A stretch of DNA of 64,000 nt from an uncultured delta proteobacterium (GTDB lineage Bacteria > Desulfobacterota > BSN033 > UBA1163): the NCBI GenBank assembly GCA_963708295.1, contig CAVPSJ010000020.1, forward strand, positions 64,001-128,000. The letters are read 5' to 3'. The first letter of the stretch is position 1. Each line of letters starts with the position of its first letter. The position numbers were made by a program, and so were the translations under genes. A model generated the notes under the pieces. The model did no database searches. It had not been told where the DNA came from and saw only the letters and a list, made by a program, of their open reading frames with translations. This document shows, one piece after another, positions 38,358-48,661 of this stretch.

Positions 38358-38907
38358 ATGGAACTTTATGCGGCCATTGAAAAAAGGAGAACCATTCGTA
38401 ATTTCAAGGAATGGAGCGACGGAAGAGCAATTGCGCAAGATACTCCTTGCAGGCAGTAAAGCACCCTCCGCGGGAAACCGCCAGTCATGGGAGTTCGTTA
38501 CGATCGACGACCCGAAAATCATCGAACAGATTGGAGAGGTCAAGCTTAAGTTGAATAGGAAATTTACTCCGGGGCCGGGTGAAACACAGAAGGATGTCGA
38601 GGACCGGGCTCTCGGTCAGAAGAAAGGGTTTCAGAATTCGACCGTCGTCGCTGTCTGTACGCGGTCGGGGGACGCCGGCACGGGGTGGCTTGCTGTCGAG
38701 AACATGTCTCTGGCTGCCGTCGCAGAGGGACTGGGCAGTAACATCATCTCTTACTGGGACGAAGGGAAAAAAGAAGTGGAAAAAATTCTCGGTCTTCCCG
38801 GAGATTATGAGCTTACGTGCGTCCTGAAGTTCGGCGTGCCGGGAGCGGAGGCGATGCCACCCAAGAAAAGACCTGAATTTAGCTGGCTCCATAAAAATAA
38901 GTTCTGA
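38358..38907 (+). CDS. Nitroreductase family protein; frameshift near 38410
   Basis: ATG 38358 (RBS AGGAGG) MELYAAIEKRRTIRNF joins APSAGNRQSWEF...LAAVAEGLGS. Confidence 0.8.
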
Positions 38908-39145
38908 GGCTGTTGAAAAACGCCCCTGCCTGCCGGCAGGCAGGCATCTGCCGCGAACAATGGTTCCCCATACTTAATAGACCCGCGTTCGAAAGCTTTG
39001 GAACCCGGCTGCCGCTCCCCTCAACCGGTCCTTTGCAACACAATTCACGACGGGGGAGGATTAAGGTACGGTGGACGGGGTATGCCCCCTCGCCCCGCCC
39101 TCTCCGCAAGGGGAGAGGGAGATCGGAAACTGGAGGTCGATCGAG

Positions 39146-40051
39146 ATGCCTCAGCAACTCTATTGTTACTTAAACGGTAAGGTGATGAAGGAGGGCGAGG
39201 CCGTCCTTTCCCCCTTTGACAGAGGCTTTCTATGGGGGGATGGCGTGTATGAGGTCACCCCCTGTTTCAACCGGTGCCTCTACCGTTTGAAGGAGCACCT
39301 GGATCGTCTTTACCGCTCCCTTCGCTACGTTCGAATGGATTTAGGCATGAGTCAGGAGGAGCTGGAGAGACTGACCCTTGACCTGCAGGCGATGAACTCG
39401 CCCCATCTCGGTGAAAAGAGTGTCTATCGAGTCGGGCACTGGGTCACGCGGGGCATGGATACACCGAGTATGGCAGCCCGGGCCGCGGGGCCCCCGACCT
39501 TATTCATTTTCTGGCGCCCTGTGGCCCTGGATGCCGTCGAACGAAATTTGACAGAAGGGGTCAGGTTGGCGATTGTTCCCACTCGAAGAGTCCCCCCTCC
39601 GTGTCTTGAAGCACGGGCGAAGGTGACGAGCAAGATGAACCAAATCCTGGCAGAACTCGAGGCGGACGCCGTGAACAGTCTCTCTCTCATGCTGGACATC
39701 GATGGAAATGTGGCGGAGAATTCGGTCGCCAATTTCTTCATGGTCAAGAGAGGCGTCCTCTGGACCCCGACTGCCCAGAACGTCCTCGAAGGGATTACTC
39801 GAAGTGTCGTCTTCGAGTTGTCGTCGCGGCTGAAGATATTCTTTGAGGAGCGACACGTCAGTCTTTACGATCTGGCTCAATCCGAGGAATTTTTCATCAC
39901 CTCCAGCGTGACCTGCGTCACACCCGTTCGAGAAATAAGCGGAATCCGACCGTCCTCTTCAGTGCCTGGACCCGTGACGAAACGATTGATGAAAGCCTTT
40001 GCAGAAGAGACGGGTTTTGACCCATTCGGCGGCGCCAAGCCTGCCTTTTAA
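39146..40051 (+). CDS. Class IV PLP aminotransferase (IlvE/PabC-like)
   Basis: DRGFLWGDGVYE, HLDRL, LEGITR. Confidence 0.88.
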   Translation: MPQQLYCYLNGKVMKEGEAVLSPFDRGFLWGDGVYEVTPCFNRCLYRLKEHLDRLYRSLRYVRMDLGMSQEELERLTLDLQAMNSPHLGEKSVYRVGHWVTRGMDTPSMAARAAGPPTLFIFWRPVALDAVERNLTEGVRLAIVPTRRVPPPCLEARAKVTSKMNQILAELEADAVNSLSLMLDIDGNVAENSVANFFMVKRGVLWTPTAQNVLEGITRSVVFELSSRLKIFFEERHVSLYDLAQSEEFFITSSVTCVTPVREISGIRPSSSVPGPVTKRLMKAFAEETGFDPFGGAKPAF

Positions 40052-40275
40052 GGCGGGGCATCGCCAAGCCTTTCGGCAGGCTCAAGGCCCTGAATCTACC
40101 GAAGGGCTCACCATCCGGAGTGAAGTCGAGGGACAGGCCGGGAGGTCGAAGGGTTGACTTATTCAAGCCGTGCGGTTCGAAGAAATAAGACGATCCTCCG
40201 ATAGCGAGAGAGACGGCTCCCCGCGTCCGGGCGATCAGAGGAGTCGTGGATTCGCACTTCCCGTCAGGGTGCATC

Positions 40276-41025
40276 ATGGATTTTTCAGGCCTATCGATCA
40301 TTTTCTTTACCAGCATCCTTGGAGCCTCGTTTGGAACCCTGGTGGGGGGGACCAGTCTCCTCACCATCCCTGTCCTGATCTTCCTGGGTTTGCCCCCGCA
40401 CACCGCCATCGGCACGGACAGGCTAGGGATTGCCGGCTTGACCACCGTCGGATGGTACAAGTTTCATCAAAAAGGCTTGATCAACTATCCCATTTCCCTG
40501 TGGATGGGTGTTGCCGCCGTCATCGGCTCCTTTCTGGGGGCGAGCCTGGTTTTCGAGATTTCCATGGGTCTTTTAAGAAAGATCATCGCCATCGCGACGG
40601 TGGGGATTCTCGTCATTGTGATCGCCCAGCCGGGACTCGGGCTGGGAAAAAAAGGCCGAGTGATCCAGGGACACACCTATGGAACGGGCATTTTCATCAC
40701 TTTCCTCATCGGGGTCTACGGCGGGTTTTATGGCGCTATGGCCGGAACCTTCCTGTTGTATGTCCTGCTCTTCGTCTTTGACCAGACCTTCTTAGAAGGC
40801 ACGGCGACTCTGAAACTCACCTCCCTCATGATGACCACGATGGCAGCAGTAATTTTTGCCGGCAGGGGAGCGGTCGATTATCCCATGGCGGCGGCGATGT
40901 TTTTGGGGTGTGCGATTGGCTCGTACATCGGCGCTCACTATTCCGACCGGATTGGGAACGTCTGGATCAAGAGATTGTTTATTCTCATCGTCCTGATCAT
41001 GGTCGTCAAATTACTCATCCCGTGA
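40276..41025 (+). CDS. TauE/SafE sulfite exporter family
   Basis: GTLVGG..LLTIP, AIGT, IGVYGGFYG. Confidence 0.85.
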   Translation: MDFSGLSIIFFTSILGASFGTLVGGTSLLTIPVLIFLGLPPHTAIGTDRLGIAGLTTVGWYKFHQKGLINYPISLWMGVAAVIGSFLGASLVFEISMGLLRKIIAIATVGILVIVIAQPGLGLGKKGRVIQGHTYGTGIFITFLIGVYGGFYGAMAGTFLLYVLLFVFDQTFLEGTATLKLTSLMMTTMAAVIFAGRGAVDYPMAAAMFLGCAIGSYIGAHYSDRIGNVWIKRLFILIVLIMVVKLLIP

Positions 41026-41218
41026 TCAAGAAGATAGGTTTTTCTTACGTTGCCATGACCGGGGTAGATCCCTTCGGAGGCTTCATAAGGCCCGCTCTGA
41101 GCGCAATCCGGATGAAACTGGGGAGAGAGAAAAGTCTGGGAGGACCAACGCTTCGTTTTTCCTTGACAGGAAGGGTGGAGAATACTTAGAATATATATAA
41201 GAAAAGGAGGTGAGGTCC

Positions 41219-41281
41219 ATGAGATGGATGTTTCCACATGCAACTCATTGTTCGACCTGCGGTTCCTTGCGTTGGTCCTGA
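41219..41281 (+). CDS. Possible stand-alone micro-ORF MRWMFPHATHCSTCGSLRWS
   Basis: TTGACA 41163, TAGAAT 41187, RBS AAGGAGGTGA, terminator downstream; frame ambiguous. Confidence 0.4.
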   Translation: MRWMFPHATHCSTCGSLRWS

Positions 41282-41331
41282 GCAGGACGTTAAACGGCTC
41301 ATCAGAACGTAAGAAAGACAATTAAGATTTC

Positions 41332-41365
41332 AAAAGGCCGGCAAATTCCTTCCGGCCTTTTCTTT
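41332..41365 (+). terminator. Rho-independent terminator
   Basis: AAAAGGCCGG-caaattcctt-CCGGCCTTTT followed by TCTTT. Confidence 0.7.
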
Positions 41366-41400
41366 GTTCAAACGTTTTGGCGGCGAGTGCCCCGCCCGCG

Positions 41401-41628
41401 GAGAGGATGTGTCGTCATAACAAAAACTGGTTCCAGACAAGACGGAAGAGAGGGTCGGGTGGAAGAGTCTTAGGGCGGCCACATTTTACAACTGAGATTC
41501 ACATGTCCGTGCCCTTGAGATCACTTCATTTTCCGCAAGCGACGATTAGCCATTCCTAAAAGACCGCATCCTAAAACTTTGGAACCCGATTGTCTCTTCC
41601 GCCATGGCCGCGATGATAACACAGTCTC
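41401..41628. mobile_element. Degenerate MITE related to 27382-27623
   Basis: GAGAGGATGTGTCGTCAT ... ATGATAACACAGTCTC. Confidence 0.45.
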
Positions 41629-41665
41629 GGAAACGTAAAGCGGTTGAGGGTTAGAGATTGCACAG

Positions 41666-42859
41666 ATGAAATCACAGGGTGTAGATCCGTCAGCGAAGGC
41701 AGAACTATCCTCTTTCCGTTCTCGGATGGTGCCCCTTCTCTCCCTCACAGGGATTTTCCTGTTGAACTTTCTTTCCAGAATCATTCTGGCCCCTCTGTTG
41801 CCTACGGTCGAAAAAGACCTGAACATAGGACACGGAGAAGCAGGGTCCCTCTTTCTCATCATTTCACTGGGGTATTGTCCGATGCTTCTGGGATCCGGCT
41901 TTGTTTCTTCTCGACTCAATCATAGGAAAACCATCATCCTCTCCTCGCTGGCCGTGGGAGCGGCTTTTCTGTTTGTCGGCGTCAGTCGCTCTCTCTGGGG
42001 AGTTCGGTTGGGGCTCCTTATTTTGGGGATGGCTGCGGGACTTTATCTCCCTTCCGGTATTCTTACCATTATCGGATTGGTGAGGTCTAAAGACTTGGGA
42101 AAAGCGATTGCCATTCATGAGCTGGCGCCCAACCTGGGGTTTCTGATTGCTCCTTTTCTGGCAGAGGTTCTCCTGGGATGGCTTTCCTGGCGGGGGGTCC
42201 TGGGTTTCGTCGGAATCGCATCCTTGATCGGAGGCGGGGTCTTTGCTTTTTGGGGGAAAGGTGGATCCACGTACGGTGAAGCGCCAAATCTCAGAATGAT
42301 GCGGAGCCTCTTGGTTGACCCTTCCGTCCTCATTTTAATCGCGCTCTTCTCTTTGGCCCTTGGAATGAGCGCTGGAGTATATTCGATGATGCCCCTGTAC
42401 CTTGTTTCAGAGAGAGGGATGGATCGGACTTGGGCCAACGCCTTGCTCGGACTTTCCCGGGTTGCGACTCTGGGTACCGTCCTCGTTTCAGGGTGGATGA
42501 CCGATCGGCTTGGTGTGGAAAAGAACTTGAAAGCGGTCTTTCTGGCGGGCGGTTTACTCACTTGCCTGCTCGGGATAGCCCCCGGATCCTGGGTCATCCC
42601 GATGGTCTTCGCTCAAGGGGTGCTCTCCACCAGCTTTTTCCCTATAGGTTTCGCGGCCCTCTCCAGGATAGGCTCCCCGATTGAAAAAAATCTCGTCCTC
42701 TCTCTTACCCTCCCGGTAACCTCTCTCCTGGGAGGAGCCATCCCGGTTGGAATCGGACTCATGGGGGAAATGGGATTCTTTTCTCTCGGGTTTACTCTTT
42801 TGGGAGGACTCGTTCTCGGGGGCCTCCTCCTCATCCGTTATCTGAAATTGAACGACTAG
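41666..42859 (+). CDS. MFS transporter
   Basis: About 12 TM-like segments, GWMTDRLG, AIAIHELAPN. Confidence 0.88.
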   Translation: MKSQGVDPSAKAELSSFRSRMVPLLSLTGIFLLNFLSRIILAPLLPTVEKDLNIGHGEAGSLFLIISLGYCPMLLGSGFVSSRLNHRKTIILSSLAVGAAFLFVGVSRSLWGVRLGLLILGMAAGLYLPSGILTIIGLVRSKDLGKAIAIHELAPNLGFLIAPFLAEVLLGWLSWRGVLGFVGIASLIGGGVFAFWGKGGSTYGEAPNLRMMRSLLVDPSVLILIALFSLALGMSAGVYSMMPLYLVSERGMDRTWANALLGLSRVATLGTVLVSGWMTDRLGVEKNLKAVFLAGGLLTCLLGIAPGSWVIPMVFAQGVLSTSFFPIGFAALSRIGSPIEKNLVLSLTLPVTSLLGGAIPVGIGLMGEMGFFSLGFTLLGGLVLGGLLLIRYLKLND

Positions 42860-43102
42860 CTTCGGTCAGCAAGATGACTGGATAGAGGCAAAGAGAGAGC
42901 GGTATGCCTCGCGGTTGCCACAGGCACGATGTTTCCCAGTCTCAAGAGTTCTTCCAATCGATTCCGGGAGGAGGCGGTAAAAGAGGCCCTGTCCTTTAAA
43001 ATGTCTTGACAAAAGGGTGACGGCACGATAACAGTATAGGGCCAAAGAGAATCGTTCTTCTCGGATACAGCTCGCGCCAAGGTTCAAAACAAGGGGAGTT
43101 TT

Positions 43103-44511
43103 ATGCCTTATAGAGATCTGAGGGATTTCTTAGTTAGATTGGAATCGGAAGGACAGCTGCTGAGGGTTGAGAAAGAAGTCCTTCCAGAACCGGACATAAG
43201 TGCTGCAGCCTATGCTGCCGGAGAAATTCCGAACGGGCCGGCTATTCTTTTTGAAAAAGTAAGAGGCTATGACCAAAAAAGGTGGTGATGAATGTTCATG
43301 GGTCCTGGAGGAATTATGCACTGATGCTGGATCTTCCCATCGACACTCCTCTACGTCAACTGTTTCATGAACTGGTCAAGAGATCCGACCGCTTCCCCAT
43401 TCCCCCGAAGGTCGTGGGTCGGGCTCCTTTGAAGGAAACGATCCTTACAAAGAATATTAATATCTTTGAAATCCTCCCTGCTTTCCGGGTCAATGACTTC
43501 GACGGGGGACCGTATCTGTCAAAAGCGGTGGTGGTCAGTAAAGACCCCGAGGATCCCAAGAACCAGAATCTGGGAATTTATCGGCTTCAAGTGAAGGATA
43601 AAGACCGGCTTGGCATTCAGACGTCTCCTCAACACGATATTGCGGTCAATCTCAGGAGGGCAGAAGAATTGAATCAACCGCTCCCTGTGGCCATTGCCGT
43701 GGGAAACGATCCAGTCCTCGCCCTGGCAGCGGGGATGCCCCTGCAATATGATGAGGATGAGTACGAAATGGCTGGAGCGTTGCGAGGGGAGGCTGTGGAG
43801 ATCATCCGAGCAGAAACAGTTGATCTGATGGTGCCTGCTGGCGCTGAAGTCGTGCTGGAAGGTGAGATTGTTCCCAGAAAAAGGACGATCGAAGGACCGT
43901 TTGGAGAATATCCCGGCTTTTATTCTCCCACGATGAAACAAGCAGAAATAAAAATTAAGGCAATCACTCTAAGGAAAGATCCCATTATCTTTGAAAATTT
44001 GTATATTGGGAAACCCTGGAGTGAGCATGATTACCTGATTGGCCCCATCACAAGCGTGACCCTCTATCGACAATTGAAAGCGATGGCCCCTGAAGTCGTC
44101 TCAGTGAACGCCATGTATTGTCATGGGTATGGCACCATTGTGTCAACGAAACTAAGGATGGCCGGTTACGCGAAGATTGTGGCAGCAAAACTTTTGGCGA
44201 CCCCCCATGGATTAGTCTATCCCAAATTTATCGTGATTGTGGACGAGGATATCGATCCCTTCAATTTGAATGAAGTCATGTGGGCCTTGACAACCCGATT
44301 CAGACCGGACAGAGATCTCATCCTCATCCCGAATGCCCCGGGATCGACTTTGGATCCTACGGGCCTCCCGCGAGGCTTGGTGACCCGGATGATATTGGAT
44401 GCGACGAACCCTGTTCCGCCGGATCTTCCGCTCGAAGGACTCTCATTACTGACACCCCCGAAGGAAGCGCCTGAATGGGCTGAGTTGCTTAGCCTGTTGA
44501 TGGGAAAATAA
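43103..44511 (+). CDS. UbiD-family non-oxidative hydroxyarylic acid decarboxylase subunit C; frameshift in the A6 run near 43275
   Basis: MPYRDLRDFL, NVHGSW, NLGIYRLQV, EGPFGEY, VDEDIDP, LDP. Confidence 0.88.
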
Positions 44512-44521
44512 GGAGGCACAT

Positions 44522-44758
44522 GTGTTTTGTCCGAGATGTGATCAGGATGAAGGAATCAAGTTCTATGAAGCCCCCGTGGACGGATCATGGGAACTGTACC
44601 GGTGTCAACATTGTGATTTCGTATGGAGAAACACGGAGAAGGAAGAGATTAGAAACAGGAATCTCTATCCTCTTGAATTTAAACTGAATGAGGATCGGAT
44701 GACTAAGATGACCGTGAAACCGATGATCCCACCCCTACGGAAACCAGGGAAACCCTAA
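44522..44758 (+). CDS. Hydroxyarylic acid decarboxylase subunit D (BsdD/VdcD-like)
   Basis: CPRC...PVDGSWELYRCQHCDFVWR, C-terminal PMIPPL; follows subunit C. Confidence 0.85.
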   Translation: MFCPRCDQDEGIKFYEAPVDGSWELYRCQHCDFVWRNTEKEEIRNRNLYPLEFKLNEDRMTKMTVKPMIPPLRKPGKP

Positions 44759-45087
44759 CCCCTTATGAAGAATCTCATAGGAGTAACGACTTTGATTTAT
44801 AAAATCCCTCCTCCCTCCCTTTGCCTGCCTTCGGCAAGTGAAAAGCGTCCCCTCAGGGAGGAATTACCCCTCTTTGCAAAAGAGGGGCGACCTGCCTGCG
44901 CGAAGCCCCGCCCTGCGGGGCGAAGGCAGGGGGGAGATTTTCCAACGGTTATGTCGGTTCTATTTCGAGACCATGAATAGAAATCTCATTTCCGATCTGA
45001 AAAACCACGATCAAAAATACCTTCTCCGGCTGAGCAGGTCGCCTCAGTCCGCCAATTCATTCTTTTAACCTGTTTGATTCCTCTTCG

Positions 45088-46062
45088 TCATTTGCTTAAA
45101 CCCAATTTTAAAGCGAGCCCACGGGCAGTCTCGTAATCGCTCATCATGCTCTTCTTAAGTTCCTCAGGAGATCTATAATCCACAATCAGTCCGAGTTTCT
45201 CAATTTTTTGGACCAATTCAGGGATCCTTGTGGTTTTCTCAATAGCCGGGATGAGAGTCTTCTTCGCCTCCTCGGATACTCCGACAGGAGCAAACCATCC
45301 AAACCACGCCGAAAGGAGATTCTGGCTGTATCCCACATCCGTAATCATTGGAACATTTGGATAGTCGCGCATCTTACTCGTGAGGAGGAGCATTCTTAAT
45401 TTGCCTGCGTTCACATGGGGAGCTGCCAGACTGTTGACAATGACGGTCGCATCCACATGGCCGCCCAACAAAGCGGTTGTCGTCGCAGCGGTTCCTTTGA
45501 ACGGAATGACGGTGAACTGGGCTCCCGTCCATGCCTTGATCAGCTCCAGGTTAAAGTGATCGATCGTCCCCTGGCCGTGAATTCCAAAACGGACGCTTCC
45601 CGGGTTTTTCTTCGCATAGTCAATCATCTCGTTAAAGGTTTTCCAGGGAGCGTCTGCTCGGACGGTAACGGTCAGTGTTAAGAGGCAGTGTAACCCTAAA
45701 GGGTCGAGATCCTTGGCGGGATCATAGGGTACGGTTTCAGGATTAGAGGCCCTTGCATAGACAACCGCTGAAGTGTTTGCATAGAGAATCGTGTAACCGT
45801 CCTTCTTGCTCTTTACCACAAAATCTGTCCCCAAGGTAGAGGATGCACCGGGTTTATTCAAAACGACTACCGGTCCTTTCAGTGTCTTGCTCAGCTCTTC
45901 GGAAAAGGCCCTCGCGGCCATGTCTCCCGCTGATCCGGGGTCGTTGGGGACAACGACCTGGATGGGATGATTGGGATAGGGCTGGGCTTGAGGCGTTGTC
46001 GCTCCGATGCTTAAGCCGTAGACCACCAAACATACACCGAAAATGGAGATGAAATACTTCAT
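45088..46062 (-). CDS. Tripartite tricarboxylate transporter substrate-binding protein (TctC/Bug)
   Basis: YPNHPI, NKPGA, DGYTI, ALLGGHVD. Confidence 0.88.
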   Translation of the reverse strand: MKYFISIFGVCLVVYGLSIGATTPQAQPYPNHPIQVVVPNDPGSAGDMAARAFSEELSKTLKGPVVVLNKPGASSTLGTDFVVKSKKDGYTILYANTSAVVYARASNPETVPYDPAKDLDPLGLHCLLTLTVTVRADAPWKTFNEMIDYAKKNPGSVRFGIHGQGTIDHFNLELIKAWTGAQFTVIPFKGTAATTTALLGGHVDATVIVNSLAAPHVNAGKLRMLLLTSKMRDYPNVPMITDVGYSQNLLSAWFGWFAPVGVSEEAKKTLIPAIEKTTRIPELVQKIEKLGLIVDYRSPEELKKSMMSDYETARGLALKLGLSK

Positions 46063-48427
46063 GGCTTCCTCCTCTGAAATAATTTTGGTTTGAAGATCTC
46101 AGCAAGAATGGCTCACTTCGCAGAAAAGTCTTGAGAAAATCTCCCTTCCCCTGAGAGGAAGGGAGACTTTGTGTTGCAATTTTGCAGACTTTGTAGATCT
46201 TGCAGAGCATGGATTTGTAAGGACCACCCCCAAAACCTGACCTACTCTGGTATCCCATCGGGATGAGCTGGTTGATGTTGATATCCCATACTCCATAGAG
46301 ATGATCCGCCCCTTCCTTTTCAGGGAACCACCATCCGTGGGGGACCATGACCATTTGCCGGTGAACGATCGGAGTGAGTTTGGCCTTTCTCTTTGCCCGA
46401 CCGCGCCTTCCCTCGATCCACACCCAGTTTCCATCCTCTATCCCAAGGGTTCGGGCCGTTTCCGGATGGATTTCCACAATGGGGTCAGGATCGATTTCGC
46501 GCAGCCAGGGAATCTGACGATGTTCGCTGTGGAATAAGACCGGGGAACGTCTTCCGGTCATCATAATGAGGGGAAACTCCTTCCATAATTCCGGAGTCCG
46601 TAAAGGACTTTCCGGAGGTTCCTCGAAATAGGGAAGGGGGTCAAGTCCATAAGATTCCAAAGTTGTGGAGTAGACCTCGACTTTGCCGGTAGGGGTTCGG
46701 AACCCGGGCTTTTTGTCCGGACGCAACAGACCTTCTTCGTACCTTCGGTAAGGAGCGGTTCCAGAGGGATGCCCCTTGGGGGGCAAGGCCCACACCTGTT
46801 TGCGGAGTTCATCAAAAGTGAGTCCGGAGGGATGGATTCTTTCGGAGAACATTTCTCTCACATTCTTCCAATGAACGATCTCTGGGTTGAATCGCTTGGC
46901 TAACTCGAAGTTGATTTCCCAGTCAGATTTACATTCTTCCACCTCCACCACTTTTTGTATAGCGTTGAGGGGAATCCCGGTGGAAAAGACGGAATCTTTT
47001 TCGGGAAAGGTCGCCGCGGGAAGAACGATATCCGCTACGGCCTGGGCCGTTGGGGTCATGAAGAGGTCAACCACGACATTGAAATCGAGCTTTCGAATGG
47101 CTTCGTAGTGACGCCGTGGTTCTCCAGCGGCGCAGGCGAGGAAATTGTTGGTCTGGATCCACATCCCCTTGACAGGATAAGGTTTGCCCGTCTCCATCTG
47201 TTCGAGGACGGTATCGGATAAGGCCCATCCTCTGAAATTTTTTACCAGGGGATACCGGTCCGCTCCGATCCGTTTCTCCGAAAGCTTCTGGACAAAGGCT
47301 TTTCCGTAAATCGCGGTGAGTTCTTCGGAAGAGTAGGGGTAAATCGAGACTCCGAAAGGGCCCCTGCAGATCACATTTCCTCCGGGAATATCAAGATTTC
47401 CCGTAACGCACCAGAGCGAAGTAATGGCCTGGATCACCGAGGTCGCCTCAGCATTCATATCGACGGGGACACCCCACTGGATCGCCGCAGGCTTGCTCCG
47501 GGCATAGAGCCTAGCGGCTTCTATAATTTTTTCTTTAGGAATCCAGGTGATGTAGGAGACCCGGTCCGGCGGATACTCTTGAACCCTTCTCTTCAGTTCT
47601 TCAAAGCCATGGACCCACTTTTCAACGAAGGGCTTATCGTAAAGCCCTTCGTTAATGATTATATTCAGCATCCCCAGCGCCAGAGCCCCGTCCGTTGCAG
47701 GGCGTATTTGGAGCCAGAGGTCGGCCCTGGAAGCGATCCAGGTGCACCTTGGGTCGACAGCAATGATCTTTGTTCCACGTTTCATGCAGTCAATCATCCA
47801 GTGGCCTGTGGCGTAATGGTCAGAGCATCCTCCCACGGGTTCTCTTCCCCAGACAATCAAACATTTCGGGGGAGTCCACTCTGGATCCTGATATCGAAGG
47901 GGGGAGAACTGAGCTGCGTCCATAAAGGTAAAATCCCCCTCCGTAACATACATTGCGGCTAACCTCGGAGTGAAACAGGAAATACCGGAAAGCCCCAAAA
48001 GAGTCCAGTTCGGACTTCCGTAAGCATAGGCCAGCAGTAAGATAGGCCCCCCTGCATCCCTCCCTGTACCTTGTCCGAAAACCATGGCCTCTGGGCCATA
48101 TTTCTCCTTGATCTCGGTCATCCGAGCGAAAATGGTGTCATAAGCCTCTTTCCAAGAGATGCGTGCCCATTTCCCTTCCCCCCGTTGTCCTATTCTCTTC
48201 TGGGGGTACTTCAGACGATCCGGGTGATACATCACCTGAGTCGTGGCCAAAACTCGGGGGCAGGCTCTTCCCTGCAAAAAAGGATGGTCAGGGTCTCCTT
48301 CCACTTTAATGACTCGACCCTCCTTGATATAAACTTCAACTCCACATCCCCCATGACAGCCCGGTCCTCCAGACCAGGCGCCCATCTTTACGATTTGCAC
48401 TTTTTGGCCTTCTTTACTCTCGTTCAT
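45854..48427 (-). CDS. Molybdopterin oxidoreductase, acetylene hydratase/catechol dehydroxylase-like, copy 1
   Basis: WSGGPGCHGGC...ACPR, SCFTPR, FHSEHRQ; similarity to copy 2 ends near 46186 and the remaining tail is probably spurious. Confidence 0.88.
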   Translation of the reverse strand: MNESKEGQKVQIVKMGAWSGGPGCHGGCGVEVYIKEGRVIKVEGDPDHPFLQGRACPRVLATTQVMYHPDRLKYPQKRIGQRGEGKWARISWKEAYDTIFARMTEIKEKYGPEAMVFGQGTGRDAGGPILLLAYAYGSPNWTLLGLSGISCFTPRLAAMYVTEGDFTFMDAAQFSPLRYQDPEWTPPKCLIVWGREPVGGCSDHYATGHWMIDCMKRGTKIIAVDPRCTWIASRADLWLQIRPATDGALALGMLNIIINEGLYDKPFVEKWVHGFEELKRRVQEYPPDRVSYITWIPKEKIIEAARLYARSKPAAIQWGVPVDMNAEATSVIQAITSLWCVTGNLDIPGGNVICRGPFGVSIYPYSSEELTAIYGKAFVQKLSEKRIGADRYPLVKNFRGWALSDTVLEQMETGKPYPVKGMWIQTNNFLACAAGEPRRHYEAIRKLDFNVVVDLFMTPTAQAVADIVLPAATFPEKDSVFSTGIPLNAIQKVVEVEECKSDWEINFELAKRFNPEIVHWKNVREMFSERIHPSGLTFDELRKQVWALPPKGHPSGTAPYRRYEEGLLRPDKKPGFRTPTGKVEVYSTTLESYGLDPLPYFEEPPESPLRTPELWKEFPLIMMTGRRSPVLFHSEHRQIPWLREIDPDPIVEIHPETARTLGIEDGNWVWIEGRRGRAKRKAKLTPIVHRQMVMVPHGWWFPEKEGADHLYGVWDININQLIPMGYQSRSGFGGGPYKSMLCKIYKVCKIATQSLPSSQGKGDFLKTFLRSEPFLLRSSNQNYFRGGSHEVFHLHFRCMFGGLRLKHRSDNASSPALSQSSHPGRCPQRPRISGRHGREGLFRRAEQDTERTGSRFE

Positions 48428-48661
48428 TTCCGCCTTACCTCTCCCCTTCTCCAAAATGTCACTCACTTTGAAATGAAATTACCGGCTGAATGGGAACAGA
48501 ACTATTCTTGGCCGGACCAATTCTAAATCCGAAGCACGAAATCCGAAATTCGAAACAATCCCAAATGATCAAATCTCAAATGTTCAAAACAAGAAAAGTT
48601 TAAGATATTTGAATTTTGAAAATTCGAATTTGTTTCGGATTTACATACCTCTCAACCCCTG

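Noticed and set aside
43270-43290. Programmed frameshift in ubiD at the A6 run
   Set aside because: Similar single indels occur throughout the window, so sequencing error is the simpler explanation.
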